From Ktedonobacteria bacterium (GTDB lineage: Bacteria > Chloroflexota > Ktedonobacteria > Ktedonobacterales > JACDGC01): 64,000 bases of DNA. A model generated the notes under the pieces. It made no database searches. It was not told the DNA's origin and saw nothing but the letters and a program-made list of their open reading frames with translations. The stretch covers positions 45,785 through 109,784 of the forward strand of contig DAIDIC010000198.1 of assembly GCA_027459525.1 (NCBI GenBank), written 5' to 3'. This document shows positions 35,897 to 43,809 of the stretch, one piece after another. The position numbers were made by a program, and so were the translations under genes. Numbering within the stretch: the first letter of the stretch is position 1; each line of letters starts with the position of its first letter.

Positions 35897-36997
35897 ATGG
35901 CAGATGATTTTATGCCGATTGTCAATTGGGATCATGTTCAATTTTATGTCGGCAACGCAAAACAAGCCGCTTTTTTCTATAATCAAACATTTGGACTCGA
36001 TGTGGTAGCATATGAAGGATTAGAAACCGGCGTGCGCGATCACACCAGCTATGTGCTGCAAAGTAATAAAATCCGCTTTGTTCTTACTACAGCGCAGGGA
36101 CCCGATTCACCAATTTCGGAATTTATTAAGCAGCACGGCGACGGTGTAAAAGATGTTGCTTTTACGGTTCGCGACGCCGCCTATGCCTATGAACAAGCTG
36201 TAAAACGGGGCGCAACCGGACTATCAGAGCCGCAAGAATACTCAGATGAATTTGGCTCCGTTAAAAAAGCTTCTATCGCTCTTTATGGCGATGTCATCCA
36301 CACATTTGTTGAACGGCAAAACTATACTGGGCCGTTCTTACCGGGCTTCCGCAAAGTTTCCGAAAGCGCATGGCCCAAACATGGCTTTAAGGGATTATTG
36401 ACGATAGACCATATCGTTGGGAACGTAGAATTAGGCAAAATGAATGAATGGGTTAAGTTCTACGAAAACGTTATGGGCTTTAAACAAATCATCCATTTTA
36501 CCGAAAAAAATATCAGCACCGAGTACTCCGCGCTCATGTCTAAAGTGATGGAAGGCGGCAAAGGCAACATTAAACTGCCTATCAACGAGCCGGCAACCGG
36601 CCGCAAGAAATCCCAAATTGAGGAATTTCTTGACTATAACTATGGCCCGGGAGTACAACACATTGCCCTGCTGACCGATGACATTATTGAAACGGTTACC
36701 CACTTAAAATCGCGCGGGGTAGAATTTATTCAAGGTGTTCCCAGCTACTACGAGCATTTAGTAGACCGCGTGGGCGCAATTGATGAAGATATGGCGGCAA
36801 TTGCTAAACTGGGTATATTAGTAGACCGCGATGAAGATGGCTATTTGCTGCAAATCTTTTCCCGCAATGTAGAAGATCGCCCCACAATGTTTTTTGAAAT
36901 TATCCAGCGCAAAGGCGCGCGCGGGTTTGGAGAAGGCAATTTTAAGGCATTGTTTGAAGCCATTGAACGCGAACAAGCATTACGGGGCAACCTGTAA
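35897..36997 (+). CDS. hppD: 4-hydroxyphenylpyruvate dioxygenase
   Basis: Conserved VQHIALLTDDI and C-terminal FFEIIQRKGARGFGEGNFKALFEAIEREQALRGNL. ATG 35897 follows GGAGG. Confidence 0.9.
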   Translation: MADDFMPIVNWDHVQFYVGNAKQAAFFYNQTFGLDVVAYEGLETGVRDHTSYVLQSNKIRFVLTTAQGPDSPISEFIKQHGDGVKDVAFTVRDAAYAYEQAVKRGATGLSEPQEYSDEFGSVKKASIALYGDVIHTFVERQNYTGPFLPGFRKVSESAWPKHGFKGLLTIDHIVGNVELGKMNEWVKFYENVMGFKQIIHFTEKNISTEYSALMSKVMEGGKGNIKLPINEPATGRKKSQIEEFLDYNYGPGVQHIALLTDDIIETVTHLKSRGVEFIQGVPSYYEHLVDRVGAIDEDMAAIAKLGILVDRDEDGYLLQIFSRNVEDRPTMFFEIIQRKGARGFGEGNFKALFEAIEREQALRGNL

Positions 36998-37042
36998 TCT
37001 ATACCTTTAAACGCCGCCAAATTTGAAAGGAACATAGACGTT

Positions 37043-38200
37043 ATGCCTTCATATCATCATCTTGGCTCTATTCCGCACAAACGGCATACTATGCATAAAA
37101 AGCCCGATGGAACACTGTATTCCGAAGAGTTATTTGGCGAAGAAGGTTTTACCGGCCTCTCTTCTTTGCTCTATCACATTCAGCCGCCAACACGAGTTTC
37201 ATCATTTGCTTCTTTAGGCAAAATTGAAACACCTGTTTGGCAAATCGCCGAACATCGGCATCATCACTTCAAAACAAAATCGCTTCCCAAAGGCGGAGAC
37301 GCTGTAAGCGGCCGCAACATTCTCATGTTTAATGATGAAGTTGCTATCGGAACCGCTTTAGTAAGTGACCCCATGACCTATTTTTACCGCAACGCCGACG
37401 CCGATGAGCTTTTATTCATCCACAGCGGCAAAGGTGTTGTGGAATCCATATTTGGCCTATTGCCGTTTAGTGATGGTGATTACGTAAATATTCCTCGTGG
37501 GGCCACCTATCGTATTCAGCTGATGTCTCCTGAATTACGCATGCTGACTGTTGAAGCGTTCCATGGATCCATTCAGCCGCCGCGCCGATATAAAAATGAG
37601 TATGGGCAATTGCTGGAAAGCTCGCCATTTTGTGAACGCGATCTGCGCCAGCCAATGGAACTGGAAACTCACGATGAACACGGCAGTTTTGAAGTGCGAA
37701 TTAAAGTAAACGGACAAACGATGGCGTATGAATACGACTATCATCCCTTGGATGTTGTGGGTTGGGATGGATATCTCTACCCATACGCGCTTAGTATTCA
37801 TGACTTCGAGCCGATTACCTACCGCGTTCATGGCCCACCGCCAACACACCAAACATTTGAGGGGCCGGGCTTTGTTGTGTGCAGTTTTGTGCCGCGCAAG
37901 CTGGATTACCACCCGCTTGCCGTACCCGCGCCATATGCGCATAGCAACATCGACAGCGATGAAATGATGTATTACGTAAACGGCAACTACACGGCGCGAA
38001 AAAACATCGAAGAAGGCTCCATTACATTGCATCCGCGCGGTTTGGCGCATGGCCCGCAGCCGGGGGCAGCAGAAGCAAGTTTAGGCAAAGAATATTCCGA
38101 TGAACTTGTGGTTATGGTTGATACTTTCCGGCCGCTGCAATACACCGAATACGCACGGCAGTGCGATGACGCCACATACCCCATGAGCTGGAAAGCATAA
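37043..38200 (+). CDS. hmgA: Homogentisate 1,2-dioxygenase (short bacterial type)
   Basis: N-terminus MPSYHHLGSIPHKRHT...LYSEELFGEEGFTG...LLYHIQPPTRV and a cupin-like core with HPRGLAHGP. It lies immediately downstream of hppD. Confidence 0.8.
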   Translation: MPSYHHLGSIPHKRHTMHKKPDGTLYSEELFGEEGFTGLSSLLYHIQPPTRVSSFASLGKIETPVWQIAEHRHHHFKTKSLPKGGDAVSGRNILMFNDEVAIGTALVSDPMTYFYRNADADELLFIHSGKGVVESIFGLLPFSDGDYVNIPRGATYRIQLMSPELRMLTVEAFHGSIQPPRRYKNEYGQLLESSPFCERDLRQPMELETHDEHGSFEVRIKVNGQTMAYEYDYHPLDVVGWDGYLYPYALSIHDFEPITYRVHGPPPTHQTFEGPGFVVCSFVPRKLDYHPLAVPAPYAHSNIDSDEMMYYVNGNYTARKNIEEGSITLHPRGLAHGPQPGAAEASLGKEYSDELVVMVDTFRPLQYTEYARQCDDATYPMSWKA

Positions 38201-38240
38201 TATTTGATTGAGCGCATAAAATGCATTGCGCTCTTCTCAG

Positions 38241-38274
38241 CGCCGCGCAAGCAACATCTATACCTTGCGCGGCG
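38241..38274 (+). terminator. Terminator-like hairpin downstream of hmgA
   Basis: An 11-bp GC-rich stem (CGCCGCGCAAG / CTTGCGCGGCG) is followed only by TTTG, so the U-tract is weak. Confidence 0.4.
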
Positions 38275-38305
38275 TTTGCGCTCTTCTCAAACTTCTTTTT
38301 TCAGT

Positions 38306-38440
38306 AGGACTTTCGATTGAAAGAGCAGCGCATGGTTCTCGTATCTGAAACAGAGGGAGGTCTGGGGACACCCCAGAACCCCGTACAATGGGCATTGCCC
38401 CTTGTCTATCCCCGATGTTCCCTGCTGAAGCGAAAGTCCT
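38306..38440 (-). repeat. Copy 2 of the structured interspersed element (inverted orientation)
   Basis: The reverse complement matches copy 1 at 129 of 135 positions. One of the six differences converts a G-T (G-U) pair into G-C in the second hairpin. Confidence 0.85.
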
Positions 38441-38615
38441 GTTAAGATAACTATCGCAGTCAAACAGCAGCGCTGCAGAAATTCCGCCGGCGCAGTTTGC
38501 GAATGGACCGGCAAGACGCCATTTTTTCCATCACAAAAATTTTTGAGAGCCTTGTCAAGATACCTATCTCATGATATCTTAGTTACGCAGGGCAGGCAGA
38601 TAGCCTTCCGATCAG

Positions 38616-39551
38616 ATGGATAAAGCAAAGGAGAAAAACATGGCGTTTTTATGGTTTGGGCGGCGTCCCAAAAATGTAATCGTTGTACAGGAAAAACCAG
38701 CGCCAAGATTTACTGTATTTGCCGGGCAACGGCGTTTGGCAAACAATCCCTATATTCTTCCAAAAGATTTAACGGAAGTAAAACGACTGGATTTTCAGCA
38801 TTTTGTATTAAAATATGGCATTCACGGCAATTATCTCGCGCCCATATCACAGCCAACAGCTATATTAGATGTGGGTTGCGGCACCGGACGATGGGCAATG
38901 GAAATGGCCAGAGATTTTCCTGGCGCTAAAGTCTATGGCCTCGATGTGGTTGCTGCGGAAGATTTTACTATCGGTTATGGCCTTCAGTATAAACCGCAAA
39001 ACTATACTTTTTTAGAAGGAGATGCGCTAAAACCGTTGCCATTCCCCGATAATACATTTGATTTTACCCATCAACGGCTTCTTATCGGCGCAGTTCCAAT
39101 GGGAAAATGGCCGGAAATTATTCAAGAATTAAAGCGAGTTACACGCCCAGGCGGCTGGATAGAACTGGCTGAATGCGGTGTGCCGCGAGATGAACCCGGA
39201 AAGCCCTATCCTCAGCTTTGGAGCACATGGATAGATTTTAGCAAGAGCCGCAATGTTGATTTTACTATGGGCAGCAGTATCGGGCAGTTATTGCGCAATG
39301 GGCAATTGGCGCAGGTAAAGCAGCACGAAATTATCTTCCCTATGGGGAATTATGGCGGACACATCGGCCTCATGTCTGCAACTGATTGTTTGGCAATGGG
39401 CAGAACTATGAAAAATCCGGTTATTACCAAGGGCATTATCGATGAAAAGACCTATGACACACTCTATAATGCAACTGAGCAAGAATTTAATATGAAAATC
39501 GGTAAAGGTGTTCTGCCATTTTATATTGCCTATGCCCAAAAACCGCTTTAA
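38616..39551 (+). CDS. Class I SAM-dependent methyltransferase
   Basis: Motif I ILDVGCGTGRWAMEMA, post-I YGLDV, and later FDFTHQRLL. ATG 38640 is an alternative start. Confidence 0.75.
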   Translation: MDKAKEKNMAFLWFGRRPKNVIVVQEKPAPRFTVFAGQRRLANNPYILPKDLTEVKRLDFQHFVLKYGIHGNYLAPISQPTAILDVGCGTGRWAMEMARDFPGAKVYGLDVVAAEDFTIGYGLQYKPQNYTFLEGDALKPLPFPDNTFDFTHQRLLIGAVPMGKWPEIIQELKRVTRPGGWIELAECGVPRDEPGKPYPQLWSTWIDFSKSRNVDFTMGSSIGQLLRNGQLAQVKQHEIIFPMGNYGGHIGLMSATDCLAMGRTMKNPVITKGIIDEKTYDTLYNATEQEFNMKIGKGVLPFYIAYAQKPL

Positions 39552-39596
39552 AGCAGCGCGCAGTACGCCGAAACCTCTATAGGAGCCAATAGCATC

Positions 39597-39727
39597 AGGA
39601 CTTTCGCTTCAACAGGGAAAATCGGAGATGTACAAAGGGTGTTGCTCCTTGTACGGGATCTGGGGCGCCCCAGATCCCCTTATTTCAGCTGCAAGAAACA
39701 TGCGCTGCTCTTTCAAACAAAAGTCCT
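39597..39727 (+). repeat. Copy 3 of the structured interspersed element (diverged, direct orientation)
   Basis: It has the same termini (AGGACTTTCGCTTCA...GCTGCTCTTTCAA...AAAGTCCT). Both internal hairpins are retained through different sequences (GTACAAAGG...CCTTGTAC; the 24-nt palindrome GGGATCTGGGGCGCCCCAGATCCC). Confidence 0.8.
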
Positions 39728-39824
39728 AAATATATTGGATTCGCTGTAACTGGTAGATGTTCAACAATATGTTTACCGGGTGACAACTCCCCATCGCTAA
39801 AGTCAGAGGACTACGCGCGTTTAC

Positions 39825-39862
39825 ATAAAAAATAGGCGCAGAAGAATTATTTTCCTCTGCGC
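39825..39862 (-). terminator. Intrinsic terminator of the XRE-family gene
   Basis: On the minus strand, the stem GCGCAGA/TCTGCGC (39836-39842 / 39856-39862 on plus) is followed by CTATTTTTTAT. Confidence 0.55.
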
Positions 39863-39882
39863 TATGCAATTGATTTGGTATT

Positions 39883-40128
39883 TCAGTGGACTTCCTGGGC
39901 CGGATTGGCAATTGCGCACGCCGTATGCGCCGCTGTGGGATCTTTTACCAATTCGCTTTGGCGTACCCCCAAAATTGAAGCCAGCCTGCGAATTAAAGTA
40001 GGTTCGGTAATATCCTCCCCATGCTCAATATGCATGATGTCTTCTCTTGTCAGGTGAGTATCTTCCGCTAATTTGCCAATGCTGATGTTCTTTTTTTGTC
40101 GAATAAAACGTAAACTTTTTAACCGCAT
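39883..40128 (-). CDS. Small XRE-family helix-turn-helix transcriptional regulator (81 aa)
   Basis: MRLKSLRFIRQKKNISIGKLAEDTHLTREDIMHIEHGEDITEPTLIRRLASILGV is the HTH_3 pattern. ATG 40128 follows GGAGG. The ORF-track extension to 40314 would run through the gene's own promoter. Confidence 0.7.
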   Translation of the reverse strand: MRLKSLRFIRQKKNISIGKLAEDTHLTREDIMHIEHGEDITEPTLIRRLASILGVRQSELVKDPTAAHTACAIANPAQEVH

Positions 40129-40219
40129 ACAACAAATAACCTCCGCATCGAGGAGTTTGCTTATCCCCGGCGCCATTGCCGCAAGACAGCCAAACATGAT
40201 AATAGAGTTTCTATTAAAA

Positions 40220-40248
40220 GTTATAGCCCAGACAATCTTACTTGTCAA
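40220..40248 (-). promoter_or_regulatory. Sigma-70-type promoter for the XRE gene (TTGACA-17-TATAAC)
   Basis: On the minus strand, TTGACA corresponds to 40243-40248, the spacer is 17 nt, and TATAAC corresponds to 40220-40225. Confidence 0.5.
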
Positions 40249-40279
40249 GATGCTATCATCACAAATTTGCCCGATTTTA

Positions 40280-40318
40280 CAAAAATCCAAAAATTCAAAA
40301 ATCCAAAAATTCAAAAAT
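40280..40318. repeat. A-tract microrepeat, CAAAAAT(C/T) x5 (equivalently a 16-nt unit x2.4)
   Basis: ACAAAAATCCAAAAATTCAAAAATCCAAAAATTCAAAAATC read directly. It sits between the two divergent promoters. Confidence 0.8.
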
Positions 40319-40420
40319 CTGCTGTTTTGAGTGATGTATATTGCATCCGGCGACGGTTATTGGCTGTTCAGTCAAGATTTGTAAAATAATATGCTTTTGT
40401 TAAAAACATGTTAAAAACTC

Positions 40421-40449
40421 TTGACTATAAGGGCCAAAATATGTATAAT
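40421..40449 (+). promoter_or_regulatory. Near-consensus sigma-70 promoter (TTGACT-17-TATAAT)
   Basis: TTGACT at 40421-40426, a 17-nt spacer, and TATAAT at 40444-40449. No annotated gene lies downstream for 540 nt. Confidence 0.6.
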
Positions 40450-40534
40450 AAGAGTGTAGTGATACTGATACACATGTTACTGCACATCATTCCCTGATGT
40501 TAAACTGTGCACCTTTATCTACGAAAGGAGCGAC

Positions 40535-40597
40535 ATGCCTATGGTCACCCTTAAGAAACCAATCCGTGTATTTGGAGTGGTATATCAAGTTGATTGA
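40535..40597 (+). CDS. Candidate 20-aa small ORF (MPMVTLKKPIRVFGVVYQVD)
   Basis: ATG 40535 lies 5 nt after AAAGGAG (40524-40530) and the stop TGA is at 40595-40597. No family recognised, and translation is unproven. Confidence 0.3.
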   Translation: MPMVTLKKPIRVFGVVYQVD

Positions 40598-40754
40598 GCA
40601 TACCCGTTCTGGCGGGTTCTGGCTCCACTTTTCAGGTGGCATGCGATGACTTTAGTTCTCGCAGCAGAGCATTTAGTGTTTATTCACTAACATCTGCGAG
40701 TAGCAGGCAAGATTATACCGTCCGCATACACATGTAAAGGCTTTGAAGCGATAT

Positions 40755-40791
40755 TCCGTCCGCTCGCACGATGCGCCGGACGGATTTTTTT
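40755..40791 (+). terminator. Strong intrinsic terminator
   Basis: TCCGTCCG-CT-CGCA-CGA-TGCG-C-CGGACGGA is followed by TTTTTTT (40785-40791). Confidence 0.7.
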
Positions 40792-40989
40792 GCTCTAAAA
40801 ACTGTTATTGCTTCCCCTATTCATTTGTTTCCCGCCACATCGGCTCAAAACGTTACACAGTGTTTTTGCCGCTTTCAGATATCCATGCTTGATTGTAGTA
40901 TTTTTCCCGCAAAAGATGTATACTGTTCATAACACACGCTGTCAATTCATTTCTGTTCCAGATTTTTTTACGAAAGAGGATGATGTTTT

Positions 40990-41700
40990 ATGGCCTCACC
41001 CGCTAAAAAAAACCCAACAAATATTAAACAGTCTCCCATTATTCAGGGGATCGTTCAAAAAGTAAACACCCCTCCCAGCGCAAAGTCAGATCCTGCTCCT
41101 TCCGCCGCAGCGCCAAAAACCGGCGGGTTCTTTTCCAAAATCCTTCCGCCAATGAACAGCAATGTTACGCCGTTTCAACCGGGTAAATACTTCACAGCCA
41201 TGTTTATATTGCTCATCGGCTTGTATGTAATTCAATTTGGCTTAATCTACATCGATAACATTACTCATGGCTCCTTAAATAACCCGGTGTTTCTGAATTT
41301 GGGTATCATTCAGCTTAATCCAATGAATACGATTTTTATCGCGCTCATTTTTGGAATGTACTGGATGCTGATTCATTTCAACATTCTCCCACGATCAGGC
41401 GCCGTACGCAGTCGGAATTCTCCGGCTATTTCCCGCAACCGAATTTTTCCGGTTATTCCATATATAGGTAAATCGGCTGCGCAAAAGAAAACCCAAACGG
41501 TATCGGTTACCACAGTGGAAAACACAAAAGCATCAAAAAAATCCTTGCAGTCAGAAAACAGCAAATCGGCCGCGCACAATAATCCTGAAACAGACGCCGC
41601 AAGCGATAACACACCATCCGAACCAACAGCCGGAGATGAAATATATAATCGATATCTCTCTCAATCTCGCGCCTTGGCCCGAAAAAAGAAAAATCGCTGA
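40990..41700 (+). CDS. Hypothetical membrane protein (two TM helices, basic Ser/Lys-rich tail)
   Basis: ATG 40990 follows AAGAGGA. Hydrophobic segments are YFTAMFILLIGLYVIQFGLIY and IFIALIFGMYWMLIHF. No family recognised. Confidence 0.5.
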   Translation: MASPAKKNPTNIKQSPIIQGIVQKVNTPPSAKSDPAPSAAAPKTGGFFSKILPPMNSNVTPFQPGKYFTAMFILLIGLYVIQFGLIYIDNITHGSLNNPVFLNLGIIQLNPMNTIFIALIFGMYWMLIHFNILPRSGAVRSRNSPAISRNRIFPVIPYIGKSAAQKKTQTVSVTTVENTKASKKSLQSENSKSAAHNNPETDAASDNTPSEPTAGDEIYNRYLSQSRALARKKKNR

Positions 41701-41719
41701 TTCCAAAGAAACAAGCCAT

Positions 41720-42295
41720 ATGAGTAAGGATATTTTAAAAGAACTGCCGCCGGAAGAGCGGGAAAATTTGCTGAAAACACTGAAAGATCGATTTCAGCGG
41801 AATATGCAGCGCCATAACGGCCTAGAGTGGTCTCCAATACAAGCCAAGTTGGAGACCAGTGCAGAAAAATTATGGTCGCTTCAGCAAATGGAAAGCACTG
41901 GCGGGGAACCAGACGTCGCAGGTTTTGACAGATCTGCCGGTGAATATCTATTTTTTGACTGCGCAGCGCAAAGTCCTGCCGGACGCAGAAGCATTTGCTA
42001 TGATCAAGAGGGATTGGCAAAGCGCGAAAAAGAAGGACTACAACCCAACGGCAGCGCTGTTGGCATGGCTGAGATGATGAGAATAGCACTGTTAACGGAA
42101 GAGCAGTACCTTGAGTTGCAGCAAATAGAACCGTTCGACACAAAATCAGCGTGTTGGCTGAAAACACCTGCAGATATCCGAGAGCTTGGCGGCGCGCTAT
42201 TTGCCGAACGCCGCTTCGGCCGGGTATTTATCTGTTCAAATACTGCGCCCTGTTTTTATCAAGCAAGGGGTTTTCGCGGCATACTGAAAATCTGA
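41720..42295 (+). CDS. DUF4256-family protein
   Basis: MSKDILKELPPEERENLLKTLKDRFQRNMQRHNGLEW...LWSLQQMESTGGEPDV...RRSICYD...ARGFRGILKI matches my recollection of DUF4256 proteins. Start at ATG 41720. Confidence 0.6.
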   Translation: MSKDILKELPPEERENLLKTLKDRFQRNMQRHNGLEWSPIQAKLETSAEKLWSLQQMESTGGEPDVAGFDRSAGEYLFFDCAAQSPAGRRSICYDQEGLAKREKEGLQPNGSAVGMAEMMRIALLTEEQYLELQQIEPFDTKSACWLKTPADIRELGGALFAERRFGRVFICSNTAPCFYQARGFRGILKI

Positions 42296-42356
42296 TTTTA
42301 AGCTGTCTCACACTCAAGATAAGCCGTTGCGTCTTGTATTTTCAATAACCCAAGTG

Positions 42357-43781
42357 TTATTTTCCAATGCAAAAATCACGAAAAATAATAGTCAACAACT
42401 CTTCGTTCACTTGATAGCCGGTAATTTCGCTCAGCCGCGCCGAAGCCTCACGTAAATCCTCGGCGACAAAATCCAGCGGCGCGCCCGAGATCAGTGTTTT
42501 TTGCGCATCAGTCAGCGCCTCACTCGCGCGAAGCAATGCGTCTCGGTGCCTAGCCCGGGCAACTATCGGCGCATGCTCGGCAAACTGATCTCCCAAGGCA
42601 GCCTGTGAAATCGCCGACTCCAGCTCTCTTAATCCGATTTTTTCCACCGCCGAAGCTTCTATGATGGTAAGTGGCTGTACACCGGCTGCGGCCAGCATAT
42701 TTTGGATGGCGGCGCCGGCAATGGCGTGCGGCATATCAGTTTTATTTAATACCGCAATTATCGGCCGCCGCGCCGAACCATATCCCCTATCGGCCAGCAT
42801 TTGCGCCGCTGCCATATCTTCATCGCACAGCGCCTGAGAGCTGTCAATTACTAAAATTGCTATCTCAGCGGCGTCCAGCGCGGCTTTGCTGCGCTGCACA
42901 CCAATCGCCTCTGCTTCATCCGCCGCTGTATCCGTTATACCAGCCGTATCTGTCAGGCGAACCGCAACTCCGCCCAGCAACGCCGTCTCTTCCAGTGTGT
43001 CGCGGGTTGTGCCGGCCATAGCAGTAACAATTGCCCTATCCATTTGCAGCAGCGCGTTAAATAAACTTGATTTGCCGGCGTTTGGCCGTCCGGCAATAAC
43101 ACAGCTAATCCCCTCACGCGCAATACGGCCACGCTCCGACCCAGACAATAGTTCAGCGGCAATTGTTTGCGCCGATTGAATAAGCCGCTGAATTTCTTGC
43201 CGCTCTATAGGCGGAACTTCTTCTTCGGGGAAATCGATGCTGGCCTCAATCGGAGCCATGGCGCGCAAAATAGCGTCATTTGCTTGCTTCGTTTGCCGCG
43301 AAAGCGTTCCTTCCAGTTGATTCAGCGATTGGCGTATAGCGGCGTCGGAAGATGATGAAACAAGATCGGCAATTGCCTCTGCCTGCGCTAAATCTATACG
43401 CCCATTTAAAAACGCTCGTAACGTAAATTCTCCCGGTTCAGCAGATCTGGCGCCTTGCGACAAAGCAAGCTCGGTTACGCGCCGCAAAATAAGCGGAGAG
43501 CCATGCGAATGAATTTCTACCATATCTTCCGCGGTATATGTGTGTGGTCCGCGAAAAAACACCGCCAGAGCTTCATCCAATTGTTCCGAACTGGTGGGAC
43601 TGACAACATGACCATAGTAAAGATATCGCGGTGTAATGCGCTTCAATGCGCCGGATTTGCCGCGGAATATCGCCAAACCGATGTTCCACGCGCTTGGCCC
43701 GCTGATGCGCACAACGCCAATGGCTCCGCGGCCCGGAGCCGTTGCGGTTGCCGCAATAGTGTCATCCATGGAAAAACGCAT
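42357..43781 (-). CDS. mnmE: tRNA modification GTPase MnmE (TrmE)
   Basis: N-terminus DTIAATATAPGRGAIGVVRISG, G1 motif GRPNAGKSSLFNALL, and the C-terminal FCIGK motif. Confidence 0.9.
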   Translation of the reverse strand: MRFSMDDTIAATATAPGRGAIGVVRISGPSAWNIGLAIFRGKSGALKRITPRYLYYGHVVSPTSSEQLDEALAVFFRGPHTYTAEDMVEIHSHGSPLILRRVTELALSQGARSAEPGEFTLRAFLNGRIDLAQAEAIADLVSSSSDAAIRQSLNQLEGTLSRQTKQANDAILRAMAPIEASIDFPEEEVPPIERQEIQRLIQSAQTIAAELLSGSERGRIAREGISCVIAGRPNAGKSSLFNALLQMDRAIVTAMAGTTRDTLEETALLGGVAVRLTDTAGITDTAADEAEAIGVQRSKAALDAAEIAILVIDSSQALCDEDMAAAQMLADRGYGSARRPIIAVLNKTDMPHAIAGAAIQNMLAAAGVQPLTIIEASAVEKIGLRELESAISQAALGDQFAEHAPIVARARHRDALLRASEALTDAQKTLISGAPLDFVAEDLREASARLSEITGYQVNEELLTIIFRDFCIGK

Positions 43782-43809
43782 AGTTTAACATTTTCTTTCA
43801 ATCACAATA

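Larger units (their letters stand above)
40456..40791 (+). ncRNA. Candidate ~335-nt orphan transcript (promoter to terminator): either a structured sRNA or a small-protein mRNA
   Basis: It is bounded by the consensus promoter and a strong intrinsic terminator. It contains hairpins CCAC-TTTTCAG-GTGG and CTCGCAG...TTAGTG-TTTATT-CACTAA...CTGCGAG. No ORF of 60 aa or more exists on either strand. Confidence 0.35.

Noticed and set aside
38287-38514. A 75-aa minus-strand ORF downstream of hmgA.
   Set aside because: Same artefact as above: it is a translation of repeat copy 2 plus flanking non-coding DNA.
40456-40791. Whether the orphan transcript is a known housekeeping RNA (tmRNA, 6S, RNase P, SRP).
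   Set aside because: None of the conserved signature strings I know for these RNAs is present (tmRNA tag ORF and 3' CCA-stem; GAGGAAAGTCCGG; the SRP GGAA/AGCA motif). It therefore remains an unclassified candidate rather than a named RNA.
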